Origin: Spirochaetia bacterium
GTDB taxonomy: Bacteria > Spirochaetota > Spirochaetia > SZUA-6 > Bin103
DNA length: 64,000 nucleotides
Assembly (NCBI GenBank): GCA_965199955.1
Contig: CBDATQ010000001.1
Coordinates: 2,048,001-2,112,000, forward strand
Direction of reading: 5' to 3'
Shown here in pieces: positions 39,141-48,502 of this stretch. Each line of letters begins with the position of its first letter. Within the stretch, counting starts at the first letter, position 1. The position numbers and the translations under genes were made by a program. A model generated the notes under the pieces. The model saw only the letters and a program-made list of their open reading frames with translations, was not told the DNA's origin and ran no database searches.

Positions 39141-40528
39141 GCGTCGCTGCCCCCCGGCTCGCGGGGAATGGCCAGCTCGTGAGGGCTGGCGGCGACCGCG
39201 ACCGATTCCGCCTGGCCGTCGAGCTCTGCTTCCAGCTCCGCGACCAAGTCGGGTTCCAGCACGTGCTCGATGCGGTCGGCGCCACGGTCCACGCGGCTGG
39301 TGGCCACCTCCGCGTGCCGGATCAGGTACAGCTCCCACAGCCGGTGGTTGCGCACGAGTTGCAGCGCCTGGGCGGCGCCGGTGGGCGTCAGCCGCACGGA
39401 GTCCGGATCGAGCGGCGCCGGCTGCAGCAGGCCGTCCCGGCGCCCGACCCGCAGCGCCGCGGCCAGCGCGCCCCCTGTCCATCCGCGGCGATCGGCCAAC
39501 TGCGCCCGGTCGACGGCGGCCGCCTGCAGATCGGCGCGGCTGGGGGTGGCGCCGAGCCGCCCCTCGACCTGCTCGAACGCCGCCCGCAGCAGGTGCTCGC
39601 GCCGGATCCGGTGGTCGCTCCGGTGGCGCTCGATGAGCATCCGCAGCAGGCCGCGGCGGGTACCGAACAGGACGCTGATGACGAAGCCGACCGCGGTGGT
39701 CGCGACGATGACCGCGCCGGCCGGCAGGCGCGGCACCAGCGCCGAGAGCGCGGCTCCGACGAAGCCCCCCAGCGCGCCGATGAGCGCGGACAGGATCGTC
39801 ATCCTGCGCAGGTTGTAGGTCCAGAAGCGCGCGGCGGCGGCGGGAGTGATGAGCAGGGCAACGATCAGGATCAGGCCCACCGCCTGCAGTCCGATGACGG
39901 TGACCGCCACCACGAGCCCCAGCATCAGGACGTCCAGGACCCCGACCGGCAATCCTTGCGAAGTGGCGTAGTCGGCGTCGAAGCACAACATGTTCAGTTC
40001 TTTGAACAGCAGGGCGGCGACCACCACCAGCACCAGCGAGATCACGCCGATCAGCAGGGCGTCGGAGACCAGCATCGACGCCGTCTTGCCGTAGATGAAG
40101 GAGTCGAGCCCGGCGGCCGAGCCGCGCCGCATCTGCTGGATCATCGCGAGCAGCGTGATGCCGACGCCGAAGGACACCGACAGCACGATGCCCAGGGCGG
40201 CGTCTTCGTGCAGGCGCAGCACGGTGCGCACCACCATCACGGCCGCGATGGCTGCCAATCCGCCCGCGGCGGCTCCGATCAGCAGGCCGGGAAACCACTT
40301 GCCGGTTCCGCCGAGGGCCACCATCACCAGCCACGCCGCCGCGATGCCGGGCAGGGTCGCGTGGCTGACGGCGTCGGACACCAGCGCGCGCTTGCGGAGC
40401 AGCGTGAAGGTGCCGACGATTCCTGCCGCCATGCCCAGGATGCCGACACCGACCACCACGACGCGCGTGTTGAAGTCGCTCAGGGTGAGCACGCGCAGCA
40501 CCTGCTCCCAGGCCGGCAGGTAGCTCAC
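39137..40528 (-). CDS. troC: Mn/Zn/Fe ABC permease fused to a C-terminal DtxR-family repressor domain
   Basis: DAVSHATLPG, GLQAVGLIL; C-terminal EHLLR..LTPTG..VRNHRLWELYL..ADRIEHVL. Confidence 0.88.
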   Translation of the reverse strand: MSYLPAWEQVLRVLTLSDFNTRVVVVGVGILGMAAGIVGTFTLLRKRALVSDAVSHATLPGIAAAWLVMVALGGTGKWFPGLLIGAAAGGLAAIAAVMVVRTVLRLHEDAALGIVLSVSFGVGITLLAMIQQMRRGSAAGLDSFIYGKTASMLVSDALLIGVISLVLVVVAALLFKELNMLCFDADYATSQGLPVGVLDVLMLGLVVAVTVIGLQAVGLILIVALLITPAAAARFWTYNLRRMTILSALIGALGGFVGAALSALVPRLPAGAVIVATTAVGFVISVLFGTRRGLLRMLIERHRSDHRIRREHLLRAAFEQVEGRLGATPSRADLQAAAVDRAQLADRRGWTGGALAAALRVGRRDGLLQPAPLDPDSVRLTPTGAAQALQLVRNHRLWELYLIRHAEVATSRVDRGADRIEHVLEPDLVAELEAELDGQAESVAVAASPHELAIPREPGGSDA

Positions 40529-41319
40529 GCGCCGCTCCCGCGCCGCCCCAGCGCGTCGACGGCACGGTCCAGCAGGGTCAGCCGTCCACCGTAGGTCTTG
40601 TGCAGGTTGTCGTCCGTGAACACGTCGGCGACCCGCCCGTAGGCGACCACCCGCAGGTTGAGCATCAGCAGGTCGTCGAAATAGCTGTCGACCGTCTGCA
40701 GATCGTGGTGCACGACGAACACGCTCTTGCCTTCCCGCCGCAGGCGCTGCAGCAGATCGACGATCGTGCGCTCGGTGGCCGCGTCGACGCCCGCGAACGG
40801 CTCGTCCATGAAGAAAATGCGCGGGTCCTGTGCCAGCGCGCGGGCAAGGAACAGGCGCTGCTGCTGTCCGCCGGAGAGCTCCGAGATCTGGCGGCCGGCG
40901 TAGTCGGCCATCCCGACCAGGTCCATGGCCGCGAGGGCCGCCTCGCGCGTCGCGCGGCGCACCGGGCGCAGCCAGCCCACCGACCGGTAGAGGCCCATGG
41001 CGACCAGGTCCAGCGCGCTCACCGGGTAGTCCCAGTCCACGCTCTCGCGCTGCGGCACGTACGCCACCAGCGGCCGCTGCCGCCGGTACGGCTTGCCGTA
41101 GATGCTCACCGATCCCGACACTCGCGGCACCAGGTCCAGCACCCCCTTGAGCAGGGTGCTCTTGCCGGCGCCGTTGGGGCCGACGATGCCCGTGATCGCC
41201 CCGTCACGGGCGGTCACGTCGACGTCCCACAGCACCGGACGACGCCGGTAGGAGATGGTGAGGCCGCGCACGGCGAGCGGGCTGTCGGCGGTCCCGAGCC
41301 CGTTCTGCGCGTGTCTCAT
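40525..41319 (-). CDS. troB: Metal ABC transporter ATP-binding protein
   Basis: GPNGAGKST, LSGGQQQR, MDEPFAGVD, VVHHDL. Confidence 0.92.
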   Translation of the reverse strand: MRHAQNGLGTADSPLAVRGLTISYRRRPVLWDVDVTARDGAITGIVGPNGAGKSTLLKGVLDLVPRVSGSVSIYGKPYRRQRPLVAYVPQRESVDWDYPVSALDLVAMGLYRSVGWLRPVRRATREAALAAMDLVGMADYAGRQISELSGGQQQRLFLARALAQDPRIFFMDEPFAGVDAATERTIVDLLQRLRREGKSVFVVHHDLQTVDSYFDDLLMLNLRVVAYGRVADVFTDDNLHKTYGGRLTLLDRAVDALGRRGSGA

Positions 41320-42350
41320 GGCCCCGTCGCCGCGTGGGACAGGCGCCCCTGGAATCCCAACTCGGGCGCATCGCCCCCCAGCGCCCGCGCCACGGTGGTG
41401 ATGTTGTGGTCCAGCATGCCGACGTAGGTGCCCTCGTACGTGCCGGGCTGACCCATCGCGTCCGAGAACAGCTCGCCGCCGACCACCACCGTGTGGCCGC
41501 GCGCGTCCGCCCCCTCGATCAGGGCGCGGACGTTGCGGTCGGCGATGGTGGTCTCTACGAACACCGCCGCGATGCGCCGCGTGACCAGCAGGTCCACCAG
41601 CCGGTTGATGCGGTCGAGCCCCGCCTCCGACTCGGTCGAGATCCCCTGGATGCCGGCGACGTCCAGCCCGTAGGCGTGTCCGAAGTAGTTGAACGCGTCG
41701 TGCGCGGTCACCAGCATCCGTTGCTGCTCCGGGATCGAGCCCAGGGCCTGGAGCGCGTAATCGTGCAGATCGCCGAGGGTTGCGGTATAGGCCGCCGCAC
41801 GCTCCCGGTAACCGTCCGCGCCATCCGGGTCGAAGGCGGCCAGCGCCTTGGTGACCGCCGTCACGGCGTGCGTCCAGCCCGACACGTCCATCCACAGGTG
41901 CGGGTCGAAGTGGCCGGCGAAGTCCTCCGGCTGCAGCAGCAGCGACTCGTCCACCAGCTCGGTGACGGCGTGCACGGGCCGGCTGCCGGCCACCTTGATG
42001 AGGGCATCGGTCATCTTTCCTTCGAGAAGCAGGCCGGAGTAGAAGACGATGTCGGCTTCCATCAACGCCGCCACATCGCTGCGGGTCGGCACGTACAGAT
42101 GCGGATCGACGCCCTCGCCGATGATCGCGACCACGGTTCCGCGATCCCCGGCCACCTGGCGCACGGTGTCGGCGACCATGCCGGTGGTGGCCGTGATCCG
42201 GAACGGGTAGGTGCGCTCCTCTTCAGCCTCGGTCGGCGAGGCGGACGCATCGTCCGGCTTCGAGCGGTCCCCGCAGGCGGTGAGCAGCACCGCGGCCAGG
42301 ACCGTCATGAGCATGGCGCGGCCCGCGTCCTTTTTTTGCACACAGAACAT
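41316..42350 (-). CDS. troA: Metal-binding lipoprotein (TroA/MntA); start may be 42314
   Basis: Lipobox LTAC, GVDPHLY, DPHLWMD, TAHDAFNYF, LFSDAMG. Confidence 0.92.
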   Translation of the reverse strand: MFCVQKKDAGRAMLMTVLAAVLLTACGDRSKPDDASASPTEAEEERTYPFRITATTGMVADTVRQVAGDRGTVVAIIGEGVDPHLYVPTRSDVAALMEADIVFYSGLLLEGKMTDALIKVAGSRPVHAVTELVDESLLLQPEDFAGHFDPHLWMDVSGWTHAVTAVTKALAAFDPDGADGYRERAAAYTATLGDLHDYALQALGSIPEQQRMLVTAHDAFNYFGHAYGLDVAGIQGISTESEAGLDRINRLVDLLVTRRIAAVFVETTIADRNVRALIEGADARGHTVVVGGELFSDAMGQPGTYEGTYVGMLDHNITTVARALGGDAPELGFQGRLSHAATGP

Positions 42351-42353
42351 TAC

Positions 42354-42371
42354 ATTTTGACCTATCAAAAT
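42354..42371. promoter_or_regulatory. DtxR/TroR-type operator
   Basis: AT-rich perfect dyad ATTTTGA-CCTA-TCAAAAT immediately upstream of troA in a ~70% GC background. Confidence 0.75.
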
Positions 42372-42494
42372 ATCACCGTAGACATGGCGAGCCAACCGCG
42401 TCAAGGGGGTGCTGAACCGTACCCGGAACGCGCAGCAGTACCCCACGCCTGTAGGGTGGCGGCCCAAGGCGGCTGCCGTCACACTGCGCGCGTC

Positions 42495-43295
42495 ATGAAC
42501 TCTGATGGGAACGCGCGACCGGCGTTCGAGAACCGCGTCAAGAAGCTGCTGTCGTCAGGCAGGGCGGCGTGGGGCGTCGGCGCGATAGACGAATCGGAAT
42601 ACTCCGCCAAGCTCGCGATCAACTGCGACCCCGACTTCCTCTGGATCGACCTGGAGCATCGCCCGTACGGGGTCCACGAGGTGCGCTGGTCGCCGATCCT
42701 GTGCCGGCAGAAGGGCGTCGTGCCCATGGTGCGCGTCCCCGGCCTTGACGCCAGCGTCATCAAGAAGGCGCTCGACATCGGCGCCAGCACGGTGATGGTG
42801 CCGCAGGTGGGGACCGAGGACGAGGCCAAGCGCGCGGTCGAGTACGCCAAGTATCCGCCGCAGGGATCGCGCGGCATCACGCCGACCTGGACCACCTACA
42901 TGGACGTGAGCTGGAACGACTACCTGCCGGCGGCCAACGACGAGACCTGCGTGATCGTGCAGATCGAGAGCCCCGAGGGCATCGCCAACCTGGATGCCAT
43001 CGCCTCTGTCGAGGGCGTGGACGTCGTGTTCGCCGGCCCGGCCGACCTCTCGGCGTCGATGGGCGTCATCGGGCAGCCCCAGCATCCCAAGGTTCAGGCG
43101 TTCATCGCCGAGTTCCCGGCGCGGGTCGGTGCCTTCGGCAAACCGGCCGGCATCACGTGGCCGGGCGTCGAGCCCTCCAGGGAGGCTTACGACCAAGGGT
43201 ACCGGTTCATCAACATGGGCTCGCTGGGTGCCCTGGGCACCGAAGGGGTCACCGCGGGGCTCGCAGAGCTGCGCGCACACGAGCGCCCGGGCTGA
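42495..43295 (+). CDS. HpcH/HpaI class II aldolase
   Basis: WIDLEH, ALDIGA, YPPQGSRG, VQIES, GPADLS. Confidence 0.9.
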   Translation: MNSDGNARPAFENRVKKLLSSGRAAWGVGAIDESEYSAKLAINCDPDFLWIDLEHRPYGVHEVRWSPILCRQKGVVPMVRVPGLDASVIKKALDIGASTVMVPQVGTEDEAKRAVEYAKYPPQGSRGITPTWTTYMDVSWNDYLPAANDETCVIVQIESPEGIANLDAIASVEGVDVVFAGPADLSASMGVIGQPQHPKVQAFIAEFPARVGAFGKPAGITWPGVEPSREAYDQGYRFINMGSLGALGTEGVTAGLAELRAHERPG

Positions 43296-43309
43296 CGGAC
43301 CGTCGCGGC

Positions 43310-44401
43310 ATGATCGATTCCCGACGACTGCTCGACACCTTCCTGACGATTCTCCGCATCGACAGCTATCACCCCTACGAGGATCCGGTGATCGACGCCC
43401 TGCGGCCCAAACTGGAAGGTGCCGGGGTCCGCCTGAGCGTTGACCCGCACCGCAACGTCCTGGGTTTCTGGCCGGGTTCGGGGACGCGGGCGGACGAGGA
43501 ACCCGTGCTCCTGTGCGCGCACACCGACACGGTGCGGCCGACGCCGGGCATGGAGCCGGTGATCCGCGGCGGCGCGGTGCACACCGACGGATCCAGCGTG
43601 CTCGGCGCCGACGACAAGGCGGCCGTGGCAGCGATCGTCGAGGCGGTGGAGGCGATCGCGGCCTCCGGCGAGCCGCATCCGCCGGTGGAGGTGCTGTTCA
43701 CGGTGGGCGAGGACGTCGGTCACGTCGGCTCCAAGGCGTTCGACGTGGCCGGGGTGCGTTCGCGCATGGCCTTCGTGCCCGACGTGGACGGCCCGGTGGG
43801 CGGCATCATCATGGCCGGTCCGACGGCGGAGAGCTTCCACGTCACCTTCCACGGCCGTGCCGCGCATGCCGGCACGGAGCCGGAGGAGGGCCGCAGCGCC
43901 CTGCAGATGGCCGCGCGGGCGATCGATCGCATGCGGCTCGGCCGTGTCGATGGCGAGACCACCGCCAACGCCGGAGTGCTGAGCGGCGGCGAGGCGGCCA
44001 ACATCATTCCGCCGGACGCCACGCTGACCTTGCAGGTGCGCAGCCTGGACCGGGGGAAGTTCCGCGCGCACCGCGACGCGCTGGTGGAGTGCTGCCGGCA
44101 GGGCGCGGAGGCATTCGGCGGCACCATCGACGTGCAGTCGAAGGGCGGCACGGAAGGCTATCGGTTCGGCGATGACGATGCGCCCGTGCGGCGCGCGGAG
44201 GCGGCGATCCGGGCTGCCGGACTGGACCCGTGGCGCGCCACCACCTGTGGTGTCAGTGACGCCAACGAGTTCAACGCCAAGGGGCTGCCCACCGTGGTGA
44301 TCTCGGTCGGCTACCTGGACATCCATACCAACCAGGAGTCGATGCCGATCGACGAACTGGAGAAGCTTTCCGAGGTGTGCCGGCGGCTGATGCTCGGGTA
44401 A
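43310..44401 (+). CDS. M20 family metallopeptidase (peptidase T-like)
   Basis: CAHTDTV, LGADDKA, GED, GRAAHAG, SDAN, IHTNQE. Confidence 0.88.
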   Translation: MIDSRRLLDTFLTILRIDSYHPYEDPVIDALRPKLEGAGVRLSVDPHRNVLGFWPGSGTRADEEPVLLCAHTDTVRPTPGMEPVIRGGAVHTDGSSVLGADDKAAVAAIVEAVEAIAASGEPHPPVEVLFTVGEDVGHVGSKAFDVAGVRSRMAFVPDVDGPVGGIIMAGPTAESFHVTFHGRAAHAGTEPEEGRSALQMAARAIDRMRLGRVDGETTANAGVLSGGEAANIIPPDATLTLQVRSLDRGKFRAHRDALVECCRQGAEAFGGTIDVQSKGGTEGYRFGDDDAPVRRAEAAIRAAGLDPWRATTCGVSDANEFNAKGLPTVVISVGYLDIHTNQESMPIDELEKLSEVCRRLMLG

Positions 44402-44417
44402 CGGGAGCCGGCCCCGC

Positions 44418-45236
44418 TCAGAGGATCTCCAGGCCCACGTCCACCAGCCCATGCGCCATGCGCCGGCACCGCTCGCTGCTGGACTCCAGCAGGGCGCGGG
44501 GGGCGCCGATGGGGCCGCCCCAGCCGGAGCGCGAGTGCAGGTAGGCGATCTGCTGCGGGGTGCTGGGCCTGGCCAGGAACGACAGCGCCACCTGTACGCG
44601 CAGCCCGCCGGAACCGAACGCGGCGTGCGGCAGATCCTCGGTGAAGACCAGCACGTCGCCGGGCCGCGTCGGCAGCAGGACGTGCGGGACCTCTTCCGGG
44701 GCCAGTCCCCACGGCCGGAAGTCGTCGCGCGTGTTGCGGTTGCGGACCGGCAGGAAGTAGTCGGGCGGGTCGCACCAGCGGTCGTCGATCATGCGCAGGT
44801 AGTTGCGGTGAGCTCCGGGGAGTACCCGCAGGCAGCCGTCGTCCGGGCCCAACTCGTCCAGGTAGAGCGCGACCTTGATGTGCGGAACCGTCCAGGTGAC
44901 CGCGCCGCTGCCGCCGTGCCAGGGCGTGTCGCCGTCGTACCAGGAGCAGGCCGAGCCCTCGTAGAGGAAGTCGTGGCCCAGCAGCTTGTGGGGGATGTCG
45001 TACAGCCGGTCGTCGTCCAGCAGCCGGGCGTGACGCTCGCCCTTCGCGCAAAGACCGCTGACGCCGGCGGCGGACGTCCGGTCCCAGCCTGGGTTCTCGG
45101 CGAGGGTAAGCTCCTCGCATTCGGCGCGCAGCGCCTCGGCCTCCGCGCGGGAGAACAGGCCGCGCAGCGCCAGGAACCCGAACGCGTTGAAGCGCGCCAC
45201 GTCCTCCGCCCGCAGCCCGCCGGAGACGGTGTCCAT
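44418..45236 (-). CDS. PhyH-family Fe(II)/2OG enzyme with H-x-G motif (candidate halogenase)
   Basis: FNAFGFL, GDTPWHGG, KVALYLD, GCLRVLPGAH, PGDVLVF..PHAAFG..R. Confidence 0.85.
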   Translation of the reverse strand: MDTVSGGLRAEDVARFNAFGFLALRGLFSRAEAEALRAECEELTLAENPGWDRTSAAGVSGLCAKGERHARLLDDDRLYDIPHKLLGHDFLYEGSACSWYDGDTPWHGGSGAVTWTVPHIKVALYLDELGPDDGCLRVLPGAHRNYLRMIDDRWCDPPDYFLPVRNRNTRDDFRPWGLAPEEVPHVLLPTRPGDVLVFTEDLPHAAFGSGGLRVQVALSFLARPSTPQQIAYLHSRSGWGGPIGAPRALLESSSERCRRMAHGLVDVGLEIL

Positions 45237-45382
45237 GGCGGCACGCTATCCGATCCTGTGAGACCGGCCAACCGGCGGAGGGTTCGGGTGCGCCGCGGTA
45301 TTGAACAGGTCCGCGGAGGCGACGATACTGGGTCGACCGGCCCGTGGTACCCATCGACTGATGAGCGGAGCACACTGAGCAC

Positions 45383-45777
45383 GTGGGAATCGTCCTGCGT
45401 GCCATCGTCTTCCCCGACAAGGCGATCGAGGAGAACAACGGCAAGAAGGGGCTCATCGGCATCTTTCACAGCTTCAACTTCCCGCAGTTCCCGACAGTCG
45501 CGCCGACGTGGTACGTGTACATCGCCTTCGGCAACGTGGCGAAGGACCGGCACGACGTGACGGTCAACGTTGTCAATGACGATACCGGTTCGGTGATCGT
45601 GCGGTCGCACGAGGAGGTGCAGGTGAGGACGCCGGCGACCGACGTGGAGCTCGTGTTCCGATGGCGGGGGCCGCGTTCCGTGCGCCGGGCGTGCACTGGC
45701 TGACGGTGACCCTGGATCAGGCGCAGATCGGCAGCCGCGTGCTGCACGTGGGGCAGCATCCCGAGGATACCAGGTAA
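45383..45777 (+). pseudogene. DUF6941-like small beta-sandwich protein, frameshifted near 45658
   Basis: DKAIEENNGKKGLIGIFHSFNFPQFP; one extra C gives ..VFPMAGAAFRAPGVHWLTVTLD..*. Confidence 0.6.
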
Positions 45778-45800
45778 AACAGGTTCAGGAGGAGAAGGGC

Positions 45801-46631
45801 ATGAGGAGAGGCGACGAGGCGATGATCACGGCCGACGAGATGCGGCGTTTTCGTGCGGACGGCTACGCACCGCTCGGCAGGTTGCTGGACGAGGGGGAGC
45901 TTGCGGCCCTCGGCGAGCGGATCGACCAGATCATGCTGGGCACCGCGGACGCGCCCTACGACGAGATGATGATGCAGCTCGAGCCGTCGACCAATCCGCC
46001 GGCGGAGCTGAGCGGACAGAGGAAGGGCCACAAGCTGCCGACGCTGGCGTACCGCAAGATCCAGGACCTGGAGTTGGACCCTCTGTTCCACGCCTACCTG
46101 ACCCGTCCGCTGTTCGCCGACCTGTGCCGGCGCGTGTACGGCGAGGGGCGCCCGGTCGCCTGCATGCGGGCGATGTTCATGAACAAGCCGGCCAGGGGCG
46201 GCTCCGACCTGGTGTGGCATCAGGATCGCTGGACCGACCTGGACCGCGATCCCAAGGTCACCGTGTGGATCGCTCTGGATCCGGCCACGATCGCCAACGG
46301 CTGCGTGCAGATCGTGCCGGGGTCGCACCGGCGGCTGATCAATCCGAGCGGGGGGTCGGGATTCCTGACGGACCGGCAGCGCGACGAGCTCAACGGCAAG
46401 ATCGAGTCGGGCCACCCGGACTACCGGACCGTCCACCTGGAGCTGGAAGCGGGCGAGGCGGTGCTGCTGCACAACTGGACGCTGCACCGTTCCGGGACCA
46501 ACTCGACCGACATCCCGCGCCGGGCGTTCAGCGTCTGCTACATGGACGCCGCCACGCGCTCGATAAGCGGCGGGTCGTGGCGAGTGGTGTTCGAAGGTGA
46601 CGGACAGGTGGTCGGGCCGCTGGCTGCGTAG
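45801..46631 (+). CDS. PhyH-family Fe(II)/2-oxoglutarate dioxygenase; start may be 45822
   Basis: FRADGY, FMNKP, WHQD, VPGSHR, LHRSGTN..RR. Confidence 0.9.
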   Translation: MRRGDEAMITADEMRRFRADGYAPLGRLLDEGELAALGERIDQIMLGTADAPYDEMMMQLEPSTNPPAELSGQRKGHKLPTLAYRKIQDLELDPLFHAYLTRPLFADLCRRVYGEGRPVACMRAMFMNKPARGGSDLVWHQDRWTDLDRDPKVTVWIALDPATIANGCVQIVPGSHRRLINPSGGSGFLTDRQRDELNGKIESGHPDYRTVHLELEAGEAVLLHNWTLHRSGTNSTDIPRRAFSVCYMDAATRSISGGSWRVVFEGDGQVVGPLAA

Positions 46632-46661
46632 GGGCGGAGCGGAGCACGGCCGGCTCTTCCG

Positions 46662-47697
46662 GTGACGGACTCTGCCGGGGCGGGCCTGCCGGGCTTCGAC
46701 GTCGCTCCGGTCGAGCGCTGCCACGTGCAGCCGCTGGATGCGGCGGAGACGCACTACACCATCGACGTGGACGGGTTGACCGACCCGGAGAACGTCGAGC
46801 TGACCCTGGTCGGGCCGATGGCGTCGGGCTGGGTCGCGGTGGATGGCGGCCGGGACACCGGCTCGCTGCAGAGCTTGGCCGCAAGCGTTGCGCGCCCCGG
46901 CATGACCGACGCAGAGAAGGTGTGGGCCATCTGGGCGCTGGTGGGGCGGATTACCTACCGCATGTCCCTGCACGCAACCCCGGATCCCCTGGAGCTGGTC
47001 AACGCGTACGGATACGGCTATTGCAGCACTGTCAACCGGCTCTTGCCCCGGCCCTGTGGCAGGCGGCGGGGCTCCGCATCGTCGGCGGCCGGCTGGAGCT
47101 GTACGCCGTGCGCACGGCGCCGGATGACCTGGTAGCCGTGGAGGCGGCGGTCGCGGGCGGGGAGCTCGCGGAAGTGGCGCGGTCGGGCGCGCTCCTTATC
47201 ACGGTGGACCTGGGGCCGGTCATCCCGCGGCACCACGGCAGCCAGCACCCGCCGCCGCAGCCGCAGGAGCTGCGGATCCGCCTGCGCATGAGCGCGGCGG
47301 TGGCCGGCCACGAGGTCGGCGTCAGCTCCATCCGCATCGTCGCCGGCATCCAGTACCACGCACGCGTGCTGCCGGCGCTTCGGCGCGGGTACAACCACGT
47401 GCGGTTCACGGCCGCCGCGGTCGGACCGGGAGCGCAGATCGTGCACCGCTGGCGGGAGAACCACTCGCTGAGCTGGCACCCCGAGCAACCGTACGAGGGA
47501 CAGCGCGTGACCCTGCGCGCGCGGGTGCGCAACCGCGGCGACGCGGCGCCGGCCGACCCGTGGGACCTGGAGAAGACCGGCGTCATGGTCGAGTTGTTCG
47601 TTCGCGTCGGACCGTGGACGGCCGGCGGCGACCGCATCGACCGCGGCGAGCAGACGTCCATACGCCTGCCCGCCGCTCGTGACGGTCCGAGCTCTGA
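46662..47697 (+). pseudogene. Fragmented remnant of a large multidomain protein (transglutaminase-like Cys motif, CARDB-like segment)
   Basis: TDAEKVWAIW..DPLELVNAYGYGYCST | ALWQAAGL; EGQRVTLRARVRNRGD; frameshift near 47050. Confidence 0.5.
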
Positions 47698-47809
47698 TCA
47701 GCGGCCGAGCACGACGTCGATGCCCTGCAGCACCTGAACCAGACCGCCTCCTGGCAGTCGGCCGACGTGCTCGGTCAGAAACGAGTCGCCTGGAGACGAT
47801 CTCTACCAT
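47698..47809 (-). pseudogene. MazF/ChpK-type toxin reduced to start and C-terminus
   Basis: ATG overlapping antitoxin end, then out-of-frame DSFLTEHVGRLPGGGLVQVLQGIDVVLGR*. Confidence 0.7.
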
Positions 47810-48042
47810 TCCGAGCGCATGGGAGTCCGGCGCGCGGCGCCTGTGAGAGCCGGATCGGCGCCGTCTTCACCGAACTGATCGACGACCCGGTTCATGGCGG
47901 CGGTGAGGCTGTCGTAGGCGTGTCGCCTGAGGTAGTCGGCCAGCGCGTCGGCGTAGAGCCGACTTCTGGACCGTCGCGACTCCCTGGCAAGTCGCTCGGC
48001 GGCATGAAACAGCTCGTCGGGAAGCGAGATCACAGTCTTCAT
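47803..48042 (-). CDS. ChpI/MazE-like RHH antitoxin, 79 aa
   Basis: MKTVISLPDELFHAAERLA..SRSRLYADAL..EW*. Confidence 0.85.
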   Translation of the reverse strand: MKTVISLPDELFHAAERLARESRRSRSRLYADALADYLRRHAYDSLTAAMNRVVDQFGEDGADPALTGAARRTPMRSEW

Positions 48043-48345
48043 ACCGAGAGTTCGACGCGGTAGCGCTCGACCGCGGCCGGGTCGAGCTCGACGCCCAGGC
48101 CGGGGCTGTCGCGGAGTCGGATGACGCCGTCCACCGCACGGAGCGGGTCCTTCAGCAACTCCCGTTGCAGCGGGCTGTCGTCGTACAGGTCGTACTCGGC
48201 GTACGGCGGGTCGGCCACGGTGGCCAGCACGTGCATGTTGGCGGCCAGCCCCACGCCGGTCCCCGACGAGCAGGCGACGTGCGGGGTGCAGCGCACGCCG
48301 TGCGCCTCGGCCATGGCCGCGATCGCCGCCGCCTCCGTGATGCAT
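48039..48345 (-). pseudogene. Mandelate racemase/muconate lactonising enzyme C-terminal remnant
   Basis: ITEAAAIAAMAEAHG..PH..GLAANMHV..DGVIRLRDSPGLGVELD. Confidence 0.8.
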
Positions 48346-48498
48346 GATCGACCCGCCGCCGAACTTCCACTCGTCCCGCTTGGCCAGATGGGGGTGCTGG
48401 GTCCAGTAGACCAGCGCGTCGTCGACGAACAGGTGCCGCTCGCCGCCGATCGAGCACTTGTAGTGGTCCTCGAAGGGCCACGTCAGCTTCTTGCCCAT
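48346..48498 (-). pseudogene. N-terminal remnant of an unrelated protein (possibly beta-propeller hydrolase)
   Basis: GGAGGTG RBS, MGKKLTWPF..IGGERHLFVDDALV, then junction into the racemase remnant. Confidence 0.45.
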
Positions 48499-48502
48499 TT
48501 CT

